A stretch of 64,000 nt of DNA. Origin: a virus (taxonomy: Duplodnaviria > Heunggongvirae > Uroviricota > Caudoviricetes). Below the pieces are notes generated by a model. The model was not told the DNA's origin. It saw nothing but the letters and a program-made list of their open reading frames with translations, and searched no databases. Numbering within the stretch: position 1 is the first letter of the stretch; every line of letters begins with the position of its first letter. The stretch lies in the IMG/VR virus record IMGVR_UViG_3300014043_000277; one strand, 5' to 3'. Positions 19,476-28,048 of the stretch are shown in pieces. Position numbers and translations under genes: made by a program.

Positions 19476-19516
19476 AATGGGATTGCATGCGTTCATTGTA
19501 TGCATGCAATCCCATT
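19476..19516 (-). terminator. Terminator-like hairpin after ssb
   Basis: 15-bp perfect inverted repeat aatgggattgcatgc / gcatgcaatcccatt. Confidence 0.6.
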
Positions 19517-19534
19517 CATTTATTCGGATGATGT

Positions 19535-20053
19535 TCAGCTGAACAGTTCATCGAATTCGTTTGAACCATCCGCTGAGAGATCGTCATCGGCAGGTGCGGG
19601 TGCCGGACGTGATACCGGGGCAGAGGCACGGCGTGATGGCGTAGACACGGCGGGACGTGAACTACCACCAGTGCGCTTGTTGATTGTCGCAGTTGCGAAA
19701 CGCAGTGAAACGCCAGCGTAATCCGCAATCACATCCGTTGCACGGCGATCCTCACCGGTGTTCGAGTCCTTCCATGTGCGGGTCTTGTTATGACCGATGA
19801 TGATGACCTGTTCACCGCCCTGTAATGAATCATGCAGGTTTTCGGCAAGAGAACCGTAAACGGTCACATTATGCCATGTCGGTTCGCCATCCTCCCACTG
19901 GTTAGTCTGTGGATTCAATGTGCGCGGGGTTGTCGCGACACTGAAATTGAAACGGGCGTTGTTATCGCCTGACGCTGCCGCATAACTACGTGAATCATCA
20001 CGAATGCTGACGTTGCCGACGATGATTACCTGATCTAATATTGCTGATGCCAT
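19535..20053 (-). CDS. ssb: Single-stranded DNA-binding protein
   Basis: OB-fold pattern (IIVGNV; ARFNFSVATTPR; PTWHNVTVYGSLAEN; GEQVIIIG; DVIADYAGVSLRFA) plus acidic tail ending EFDELFS. Confidence 0.92.
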   Translation of the reverse strand: MASAILDQVIIVGNVSIRDDSRSYAAASGDNNARFNFSVATTPRTLNPQTNQWEDGEPTWHNVTVYGSLAENLHDSLQGGEQVIIIGHNKTRTWKDSNTGEDRRATDVIADYAGVSLRFATATINKRTGGSSRPAVSTPSRRASAPVSRPAPAPADDDLSADGSNEFDELFS

Positions 20054-20227
20054 TGTAATTTTCCTTTCCGTTGTTTTTTCTTATGGTCTTCCGTCTTCCA
20101 ATATTGGTTCCGGGATTCCAATGGCTTTTGTTTTCTTTTTTCATCCGATTATCACCGGATTGTTTTCAATGTTATCCCATGAAAACGCATAAAGTGTTTT
20201 TCATGCTGTTTTCACAAAACTTTCACA
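20054..20227 (-). promoter_or_regulatory. ssb promoter/leader with shared 20-bp box
   Basis: Box at 20208-20227 identical to 3799-3818, 33 nt from -10 TAACAT (20169-20174). Confidence 0.65.
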
Positions 20228-20229
20228 TT

Positions 20230-21963
20230 TCACTGTCCTCCTATCGTTCCTGCACCGGGTTTGTCATTGGAACCATTGTTTTCATTATTGTTCCCGCCGA
20301 TTGAACCATTATTGTTCGTATTGGAATTATTGCCATTATTATTGTTCTCATTGGAACCATTGTTTTCATTATTACCAGTGGTTCCATTCTGTGATGATTG
20401 AGATTGATTGTCATCATTCTTCTCATCATAGGCATGAGCCTTATCATAATCTGTTTTCGCATTGTTTTTCGCATCCTGCGCCGTCATCCATGATGCAGGT
20501 ATGGTTATATCCGATGGGATTGACGGGGCAGATGGCTCCTGTTCCTGCTCGGTTTTCAATTCATCCGGTTTCTGATGTGATGATTCACATTCAGCACGCC
20601 ATTCGTTTTTCTGATTGTCATCAGGTGTCGTTTCTGTTGAAGCAGGCTTCCAATCATTCTGTTTAACAATGATGCAATCATTGATTTCATCATTCCATTT
20701 TGCCTGTAATGCCGCGCGTTCCAATCGTTCATATTCCCATGAATACACGCTGTTAACATAAGCATTCCATTCTGGTTTGAACGCAGCGCGTTTGTTATCC
20801 AAATCATTCCATTTTGCTTCCACATCCTGAACCTGTTTTACATATTCATCCCATTGGCTTTTGAATCGTGTTTTCCATAATGATTCCAATGCCCAGTTCC
20901 CGGATGCGCTGTTATAAGCGAGAACGGATGCATCCATGGCATCAATAGTGGTTTTCTTAGTTTCCTTGTATTTTTCATTCAATGATTTCTGATTGAATGA
21001 TGGTATTGACTGTCCAGCCCATTTCCACCCGCATCCAGGCCCCTGATCATCACTGACCTGATAGTCAATGTTAGCTGTTGATGATGGAACAGTTGGAATT
21101 GATGAGAATGATGGTTTCGCTGGCGCGGATGGCAAGGATGACGGGAATGACGCGGGCAATGGCGATTCAGGGACATTTCTTGTTACCGGTGATGCATACA
21201 TTGCATTCACATTGCCTTTGGCATTCAAATATGATTGAGGTATTGCATTCTTGATGATGCTTTTGCTTGTTGAAACCTGTTCGGTTTGTTTCAAACCGAT
21301 GTATTTCGACGCATCATAATAGAATGAACGAGTGGAATCCTTCGATGATTCACTTACCGCAACGCAATTCGTGTCAGATAATAATGATTCCATGCGCGCA
21401 TGGGTCCATTCTGTTATCGATGATGTTTTCTTCTCATCATTCACAAGAATTGACACCAGAGCATCACCGGCAGTCATTATGGCTCCAGTGTTCCATGAAA
21501 CCATGTCGGAACCAGTGTTGTCATTGATGCTGACATTACAGTTAGCCGTCAGACGTTTCACATAATCATCAAAATTAATATGTGCCTGTCCAGCGCCATA
21601 TGCTTGAACGACAATGGAATAATCCTTATTGCTTGCGGCGCGTGCATACACGATTGAATTCGGCATGTCAGGTTGTATGCATGATTCCGGCAGGACATTA
21701 GCGGTGGCAATCGGAATCCTTGTGAGAGCATCAGCTCCGGATGCCGGTTCTAACAGCATTTTTTCAACGAATTCACTTGCCGGGAATGAATCAGCTTTAT
21801 CATTCGTGTAATTCGTTTTCACTTCCGGTGTTTTCGTCGCCTCCGCATAAGCGCCATAACCATTGTACACGAGCATTGAAACAAGCGAAATGCTGGTTAT
21901 GATTGCGATGATTGCTATTATGATGTTTATGATTCTACGTGTCTTCATTATGTTAGCATTCAC
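20230..21963 (-). CDS. Exported or membrane-anchored hypothetical protein with coiled coil and Asn-rich tail
   Basis: N-terminal hydrophobic segment, several Cys, helical C-terminal half, NNNG low-complexity end. Confidence 0.7.
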   Translation of the reverse strand: MNANIMKTRRIINIIIAIIAIITSISLVSMLVYNGYGAYAEATKTPEVKTNYTNDKADSFPASEFVEKMLLEPASGADALTRIPIATANVLPESCIQPDMPNSIVYARAASNKDYSIVVQAYGAGQAHINFDDYVKRLTANCNVSINDNTGSDMVSWNTGAIMTAGDALVSILVNDEKKTSSITEWTHARMESLLSDTNCVAVSESSKDSTRSFYYDASKYIGLKQTEQVSTSKSIIKNAIPQSYLNAKGNVNAMYASPVTRNVPESPLPASFPSSLPSAPAKPSFSSIPTVPSSTANIDYQVSDDQGPGCGWKWAGQSIPSFNQKSLNEKYKETKKTTIDAMDASVLAYNSASGNWALESLWKTRFKSQWDEYVKQVQDVEAKWNDLDNKRAAFKPEWNAYVNSVYSWEYERLERAALQAKWNDEINDCIIVKQNDWKPASTETTPDDNQKNEWRAECESSHQKPDELKTEQEQEPSAPSIPSDITIPASWMTAQDAKNNAKTDYDKAHAYDEKNDDNQSQSSQNGTTGNNENNGSNENNNNGNNSNTNNNGSIGGNNNENNGSNDKPGAGTIGGQ

Positions 21964-21975
21964 CTTTCACATTCA

Positions 21976-22458
21976 TCATTGACGGATACGCATCATTTGA
22001 CGGTAATCATTTGACAATACTTCCAATGTGCGCAGATCATCACGCAGGAATTGCGCTTTCCTCTGCATTTCCGTTTTTTTGAATTGCAATCCAATCACCT
22101 TATCATTCAATTGCTCAACTTCAATGTCAGCCGCCAGTGTTTTGATTTTGTCAGTTCCAGTAGAATCAAGATAAATGCGATTCCATACACGTTTCATTTT
22201 CGTTGATTGTATTGTCAATTCACGATCAATGTCATTCAACGCAAGCGTAACCTTATATAATGACAGCCTGGCGGCGCGGATTTGACGATGAATGGATTCC
22301 AAATCATCATAATCTCCAATCTGACCGGATGAATCCAATTGTTCCTCACGTTCAAGGATATCCGCGAGATCATAATCATCAAAATCATAATCATCCAGTT
22401 TAGGCAATGTCGCTTTCAATGAACGATAATTAGTATTGTTCGTATTATTCGTGCTCAT
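21976..22458 (-). CDS. Small coiled-coil protein, possibly UvsY-like
   Basis: All-helical heptad pattern; directly downstream of radA. Start 22458 chosen from the -10/N7 rule (ORF track: 22464). Confidence 0.6.
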   Translation of the reverse strand: MSTNNTNNTNYRSLKATLPKLDDYDFDDYDLADILEREEQLDSSGQIGDYDDLESIHRQIRAARLSLYKVTLALNDIDRELTIQSTKMKRVWNRIYLDSTGTDKIKTLAADIEVEQLNDKVIGLQFKKTEMQRKAQFLRDDLRTLEVLSNDYRQMMRIRQ

Positions 22459-22494
22459 GAACATAATGATATCAACATGAACTCATAATCGGTT

Positions 22495-23874
22495 TCATAA
22501 TAGTTTTTTGATTTCGCTGACTGAATCAATAATGTCAATTTTCAAACCAGGATAATCTGATTTTTTGATTTTAGCGGCTTTTGGAATCACGACACGTTCA
22601 AAACCAAGTCTCTGCGCTTCACGTAAACGACTTTCAATCATTGCGCGTCCACGTATTCTGCCAGTCAACGCAACCTCTCCAATCCATACTGTCCGCTGTA
22701 AAGGTTCAATGCCGAGCGCACTGCTTGCAATGGCTGCAATGACGGCAAGATCAGCCATCGTATCAGTCAGACGCATGCCGTTAATCGTATTGGCGAACAC
22801 ATCGCATGTCGCCATTTCATCCATCATGTTAGCATATTTACCGAGCGCCGCAATCAGGATTTTCGCGCGACCAGTATCCATTCCACTGAATTGCCTCTGC
22901 GGATTATTATATGCGCTCACTGTAACCAATGCGTTCACTTCCACCGGTAACAGTCTGATGCCATCCTGGCAGAATGACATTGCGCTTCCCTGCATTGGAA
23001 CAGTGTCATCGCCAATGAGATAACCTGATGGGTCTGAAACTGATTTCAAACCATCCTCCTCATGGATGAACACCGCCACTTCATCAGTCCTGCCATAACG
23101 GTTCTTACGGCTGCGCAGGAATTTCAATGGTGATTCATCATCGCTGTCGCCAATGAGAATAGTGTCAACGATATGCGCTATCATGTTGCTTCCGGCGACC
23201 TCATCTCCTTTCGTGAATTGCGAAACGAGAATAACACGGGCACCTGTCCGTTTCGCCCATTCAGTGAACGCATACGCAGCTTCTTTTGATTGTGCCTGCC
23301 CGCCAGCCGAACCGGTTACATTCTCACTTGCCATTGTCTGCAATGAATCCACGACAAGTGCTTGAGCATGCAGTGAATCAGCTGTAGCAATGACATCCTC
23401 AACGGTTTTTGACGGCATGATATGCAGCCTGTCATCATTGATTCCGAGGCGTTCAGCGCGCTGCGCTATCTGCATTTCCGATTCCTCACCGGATGCGTAT
23501 AAAACATTATGTCCCTTGCATGCGAATGCATTCATGATTTCAAGGCATAATGTTGATTTGCCGAAACCTGGTTCAGCGCCGATGAGAATAACCTGACCTG
23601 CAACCATGCCACCCATGAGAAGCCTGTCGAATTCCTCTATTCCTGTTGCTTCCCTTATCAATTCGCCTTTATCTTTTTTCAATTCATTCACAGTGAATGT
23701 TTTCGATTTGACGCCATTGCCAGCATTTATTTTAGCGCCGGGCGATGATGGTTTCGCTGATGCGCCGGAATTCGCCGGTTGCATTGTTCCATATTGGTGA
23801 CAACTGGGACAAATAGCGTATTTCTGTGGTGAACTTGCACCACAATCACTGCAAACATATTTCATAACAGCCAT
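22495..23874 (-). CDS. radA: DNA repair protein RadA/Sms
   Basis: C4 zinc finger CSDC...CPSC, Walker A GAEPGFGKST, KNRYG motif, Lon-like C-terminal domain (GEVALTGRIR). Confidence 0.95.
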   Translation of the reverse strand: MAVMKYVCSDCGASSPQKYAICPSCHQYGTMQPANSGASAKPSSPGAKINAGNGVKSKTFTVNELKKDKGELIREATGIEEFDRLLMGGMVAGQVILIGAEPGFGKSTLCLEIMNAFACKGHNVLYASGEESEMQIAQRAERLGINDDRLHIMPSKTVEDVIATADSLHAQALVVDSLQTMASENVTGSAGGQAQSKEAAYAFTEWAKRTGARVILVSQFTKGDEVAGSNMIAHIVDTILIGDSDDESPLKFLRSRKNRYGRTDEVAVFIHEEDGLKSVSDPSGYLIGDDTVPMQGSAMSFCQDGIRLLPVEVNALVTVSAYNNPQRQFSGMDTGRAKILIAALGKYANMMDEMATCDVFANTINGMRLTDTMADLAVIAAIASSALGIEPLQRTVWIGEVALTGRIRGRAMIESRLREAQRLGFERVVIPKAAKIKKSDYPGLKIDIIDSVSEIKKLL

Positions 23875-23898
23875 GATTACAATGATATCAGAGAACGA

Positions 23899-23935
23899 AT
23901 GTCCGCAGAATGCAATGGCATCATTCTGCGGACAT
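23899..23935. terminator. Hairpin between the 23961 gene and radA
   Basis: 14-bp perfect inverted repeat atgtccgcagaatg / cattctgcggacat; poly-U tail is weak. Confidence 0.45.
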
Positions 23936-23960
23936 GAGAAAATTGAAATGTTAAATTATG

Positions 23961-25007
23961 TCAGTTTTTAGCGGAAACGCCTTTCAGACGATTCATGAAT
24001 TTATCAGCGGAGTTCAATTCCGAATCAGTGAAATCATTGCCGCCATCCAATGGTTTACGGGAAACATTCCCCGTATGCAATGCATCCAGATAAGTTCCAT
24101 TCGGATTTAACATGGCTTGCGCCCTCATAATGTTGCTTCCTGATTGTAATGCTTTTGACACTGCCTCCGGGCTTGCATTCGGGTTAGTCAATGCTATTGC
24201 CCTTGCACGTTCCGGTGTTCCGGGTTCAGTGATTGCCCTGTCAACAATTGATGTCGGGCAATGCTGAGCACGAACGGTTTCCTCCGGATAAGCATTGTAT
24301 AAGGCATTCGCATCGGATTCCGATGTGTTCGGATGATTCACGATATCAGTTACATAAACCTGCTTACGGAAAACATTATTTCCCTTGTTCTGAACTGCGA
24401 TTCCAGTCAATGCATGCATGTTCTCACTGGAAGTGCTGGGATTTGACGCAAGTATATTGAATGATTCTGTCGCAGCAGGCAATTCGGAATCATCATAATG
24501 CGATAATGCCTGTTTCATGTAATCCGGATTCTTAACGACATCCATCATTCGTTTCTGAGCATCTGAATTCATAGGTGCTGATGACATGCGACCAAGTTCA
24601 TGGTTCAAACCACGGAAATCGCTGCCACTATTGAAAATGCCGCGCTTCTTATCTATGTATTTACTGCAGAATTTATTCATACTGGACATATCAATGGCAT
24701 TATGGGATGATGATTCATCAGCTGTTTTTTCAGCCTTATCATATGTGATTTCACCATTAAATCCCATGTGACCCTTCTGAGCACCCTTATAAGCATCAGT
24801 CATTTTATTACCGGCGCGGACACCCATTCCTATGGATTCATTGCTGCCATGAAGTTCCTGATATTTCTGCTCAGCCGCTTTCATCTCCTCCGGGTTGTTC
24901 GGATCATAATGCCCATTAGCGCCATATGGGCAACCACCCTGTGTGGCATGGCATACTTTAAGCCCTTCCGGCGTAACATGCATTTTACCTGCTGTTGATT
25001 CCGCCAT
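23961..25007 (-). CDS. Protein with N-terminal H-C-C-H zinc-finger-like motif and C-terminal LRV/HEAT-like helical repeats
   Basis: MHVTPEGLKVCHATQGGCPYGANGHY; repeats ILASNPST, IVNHPNT, ALTNPNAS, AMLNPNG. Confidence 0.65.
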   Translation of the reverse strand: MAESTAGKMHVTPEGLKVCHATQGGCPYGANGHYDPNNPEEMKAAEQKYQELHGSNESIGMGVRAGNKMTDAYKGAQKGHMGFNGEITYDKAEKTADESSSHNAIDMSSMNKFCSKYIDKKRGIFNSGSDFRGLNHELGRMSSAPMNSDAQKRMMDVVKNPDYMKQALSHYDDSELPAATESFNILASNPSTSSENMHALTGIAVQNKGNNVFRKQVYVTDIVNHPNTSESDANALYNAYPEETVRAQHCPTSIVDRAITEPGTPERARAIALTNPNASPEAVSKALQSGSNIMRAQAMLNPNGTYLDALHTGNVSRKPLDGGNDFTDSELNSADKFMNRLKGVSAKN

Positions 25008-25079
25008 TTCAAATCTCCTTCAAAATCAAATGATTAAAACCATATCTGCCTGTAATCTATCATGTTTTTCACGCTGTTT

Positions 25080-25781
25080 TCATGATTTACGACGTGATGA
25101 TTTATCAGTTTCCTTATCAAGTTCCTTCCTTGCCTTCCGCAGAGCTTTAGCTTTTTCCTTAGCCTTGCGAGCGGTTTCCTCCTTCTCATATTCCTCAGCG
25201 ATGTCAACGATATCCCTTGCATCAGGCATATCATTTTCCAACAGAACGCGCTCATCTGGCGTAGGACGCAGATACGCGGCAATCGCAATGCATCCAGCGA
25301 ATACAATGCCACCGAATAATGTATATAAATGAGAATACGCTGATGCAATGATGAGAACGAGAATAATCGCTATGAAAGGATATGATTGGCGGCGGCGCTG
25401 TCGAATTGAAAAACGCAAACGGAACGGCATGTATGGTGCAACAACCTCATCAATCGGTACATCATCATCATAATGCTTCTCATTTGCGACGCTCTGGAAA
25501 ACCACGATTGAATATGCAAGCATGAAATCAAACACGCCGCCAGCAAGAGCGAGCAGCGCCCGGATCAGATTCCATCCGAGTCCATTCATCGGCATTATGA
25601 AATCAACAAGTATGCTCATGGATACAGTGATGACAATGCCGACAATCGTTATAATCCAGTATTTCCGTGTCGCATGGTATTCAACTGCCGTGTCAAGCGC
25701 GTTTTCAAATGTGAGTTTATCAGCCATTTCAATGGCTTTTTTCTGCCGTTCCGTCATTTCATCATTACTGGACATTTTCAT
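25080..25781 (-). CDS. Four-TM membrane protein with basic C-terminus
   Basis: Two pairs of hydrophobic helices; start overlaps the upstream stop. Confidence 0.7.
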   Translation of the reverse strand: MKMSSNDEMTERQKKAIEMADKLTFENALDTAVEYHATRKYWIITIVGIVITVSMSILVDFIMPMNGLGWNLIRALLALAGGVFDFMLAYSIVVFQSVANEKHYDDDVPIDEVVAPYMPFRLRFSIRQRRRQSYPFIAIILVLIIASAYSHLYTLFGGIVFAGCIAIAAYLRPTPDERVLLENDMPDARDIVDIAEEYEKEETARKAKEKAKALRKARKELDKETDKSSRRKS

Positions 25782-26467
25782 CGACTCCTGCGCTTTCGTG
25801 GTTGTTTCTTCTGTTCGTTAGTATCAGTTATTTTCGCTGAGAACATTATCAGACATGGTTGCGATTTCGACCATATTATGAAACGTTTATAATCCTGACC
25901 TCCGAGCGGATGGAAACGGAACCTTACGAATGATTCGAACACTTTCGGTTTCATTGTCCGTCCTGGGAACACAACTGAAATCAATTGTTTAACCGGATAA
26001 GCCTCCTGCATTTTTCTCAATGCTATCGGAAGGACAAGTTCAACCGGCCAACGCGGATCAACAAGAACAGTGTCAAATAGGAAGAACCCTGCCGGATCAT
26101 CAATCATGCGTTCAATTCCCTGCCATGATTTACGAGCAGGCGGCGTCAATTGCGATGATTTTAATGTTCCGGCGTCACGCGGTGTTCCGCGACGACCCAG
26201 AAACATGACAACAGGACAATCTTTCGCGAGACGATGATTCGGCATGGGGAGTTCATCGTTCCTCAATACAAGCCCGGCAGTATAATAATCAGTGTAACCA
26301 CGCATACGACTGAACGCAGGATCAAGCTGCGATGGCGTTATCAATGGTTCGGTTCCACTTACGGTCATCGCGCAAGTGCAAGCCCATATTATATCATTCC
26401 TTGTTAATCTTCCAATGGCATCCAATGCAGGTGCGCGCAGATCGAGATTTCTGTATTCATCCAGCAT
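25778..26467 (-). CDS. Hypothetical protein with a possibly degenerate GNAT fold
   Basis: FFLFDTVLVDPRW and KVFESFVRFRFHP resemble GNAT beta4 and alpha4 but the R/Q-x-x-G-x-G loop is absent. Confidence 0.5.
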   Translation of the reverse strand: MLDEYRNLDLRAPALDAIGRLTRNDIIWACTCAMTVSGTEPLITPSQLDPAFSRMRGYTDYYTAGLVLRNDELPMPNHRLAKDCPVVMFLGRRGTPRDAGTLKSSQLTPPARKSWQGIERMIDDPAGFFLFDTVLVDPRWPVELVLPIALRKMQEAYPVKQLISVVFPGRTMKPKVFESFVRFRFHPLGGQDYKRFIIWSKSQPCLIMFSAKITDTNEQKKQPRKRRSR

Positions 26468-26919
26468 TAACGGACGCCGCCTTTCAAATAATCAATGATT
26501 GCAATCATGCATTCATAATATCAGGAAATCAATGATTGCAGTTAATTCCAGTTTGATTAAAGAATGATTTAATGACATCATAATCAGATTGTTCAATGGT
26601 CATGTTGCATGATTTCGCATTAGAATCACACATAACGGCAATCCAATCCCTTAGCATATGCAATCTTATAATCCAATGATGCATATGAACCAAGCATGTA
26701 ATCACCGGGACCAGCATTACCTTTCAAATCTCGATTCCGATGAGCGGAAGCAGCAATGAGATGACCTGCGCTCATGTAATTAATATGAATCCTTCAATGT
26801 CGCTTCCAATTGAAAAAGACATTGGAATCCGCATAAGCGACGGAACGACATGATAGATTTGAATCTCAGACGCAACCTGATGCGCAATCAATGGCTAATC
26901 TAACATGATTCCAATGAGT

Positions 26920-27570
26920 TCACTCATCCAACGTTCCATTGATTCTAATGACTGACCGGTCATTACTGATTTCAATGCTTTTAATCGGCATATCAGTTCC
27001 ATCAATGGAAATCACCATGGCCGGTGAACGTCCATAATCATCCACGGCGCGTTTCAATGAATCCAATAATTCCCCTGCTTTCACCGTGTCATCATTGGAA
27101 ATGCCAGAACCAATGCGATCATCACTGGAAATCTTGCCATCATAATCCGGTTCAGGTGGAACCGGCGTTGATGATGAAACCAATGGAGCGTTAACATCAT
27201 CGAAAATGTCAACATCATTCACATTGAAACCGAGCATGCTTTCGTCATATGAAATCGCATCATCATCCGCTATGCTTGTCGTGTTATCGAATTTACGGTT
27301 CGCAGGTTTGTTTCTCTCTGGTTTCCGTGTCGTCATTGGACTCATGTCATCATCGAAAATGTCAGCCGATGGCAAATCATTGGAATGCGTTACAGGGGAG
27401 GTGTTTTCATTACGGACTTCCTCTGATTCCTCCATTGTATCGAATATTTTGAAACCGGCATCCTGTCCAAATGATTTAATAGTGTTGAAACCCATGTCTC
27501 TTTTATCATTCTTTTCAATGCTTTTACGTATTTTATTAATGTATTCGCGATCTTTATCCGATAATGCCAT
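26920..27570 (-). CDS. Acidic hypothetical protein
   Basis: 216-aa ORF with SD (ggaagg); small folded C-terminal segment. Confidence 0.65.
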   Translation of the reverse strand: MALSDKDREYINKIRKSIEKNDKRDMGFNTIKSFGQDAGFKIFDTMEESEEVRNENTSPVTHSNDLPSADIFDDDMSPMTTRKPERNKPANRKFDNTTSIADDDAISYDESMLGFNVNDVDIFDDVNAPLVSSSTPVPPEPDYDGKISSDDRIGSGISNDDTVKAGELLDSLKRAVDDYGRSPAMVISIDGTDMPIKSIEISNDRSVIRINGTLDE

Positions 27571-27634
27571 TTTTCAGCCTTCCGATTCTGTTTACATTTG
27601 AATGCAATTGTTAACATGAAATATCATTTGTACA

Positions 27635-27672
27635 AATAAAAAGCAAGGATTATGGAATCCTTGCTTTTTATT
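27635..27672 (-). terminator. Intrinsic terminator
   Basis: Perfect 17-bp inverted repeat aataaaaagcaaggatt / aatccttgctttttatt, 4-nt loop. Confidence 0.75.
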
Positions 27673-27688
27673 ATGATTATTTTTATTG

Positions 27689-27958
27689 TCAGTTGACACT
27701 TGTTGCGATGTTTTTCGCGTTCTTAATCATTGAACCGTTTTCGCCAAAGAATGCGCTTGCGCCGTAGACAATTACCGCGACAATAATTCCCAGAGCCAGG
27801 AATGAAATGAATTCAGTCCATTTACGGCTGAAAAGGAACTTCAATGACATTGCACCGAGCACCATGATTAAAGCAGGGCCAACCCATTTCTGAACTACTG
27901 ATGTCCATACCTCACTCAAATCAGCCAGATCCGCTGCGTAAACCAAACTATCAAACAT
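27689..27958 (-). CDS. Small two-TM conjugation protein (TcpD/VirB2-like)
   Basis: 89 aa, two hydrophobic helices, strong SD (aaggag), directly downstream of the TcpC-like gene. Confidence 0.55.
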   Translation of the reverse strand: MFDSLVYAADLADLSEVWTSVVQKWVGPALIMVLGAMSLKFLFSRKWTEFISFLALGIIVAVIVYGASAFFGENGSMIKNAKNIATSVN

Positions 27959-28048
27959 GATTTTTTATCTCCTTGTTTTTTGTTAAATAGATGTATCTCC
28001 ATTTGACATATATTATCTATCAAACTGCATTTTATCATTTCATTAATA

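Noticed and set aside
23899-23935. Hairpin arms GTCCGCA/TGCGGAC resembling the GTCCACA motif family
   Set aside because: One mismatch per arm, a 19-nt rather than 20-nt spacer, and its position after a gene fits a terminator; not counted as a motif copy.
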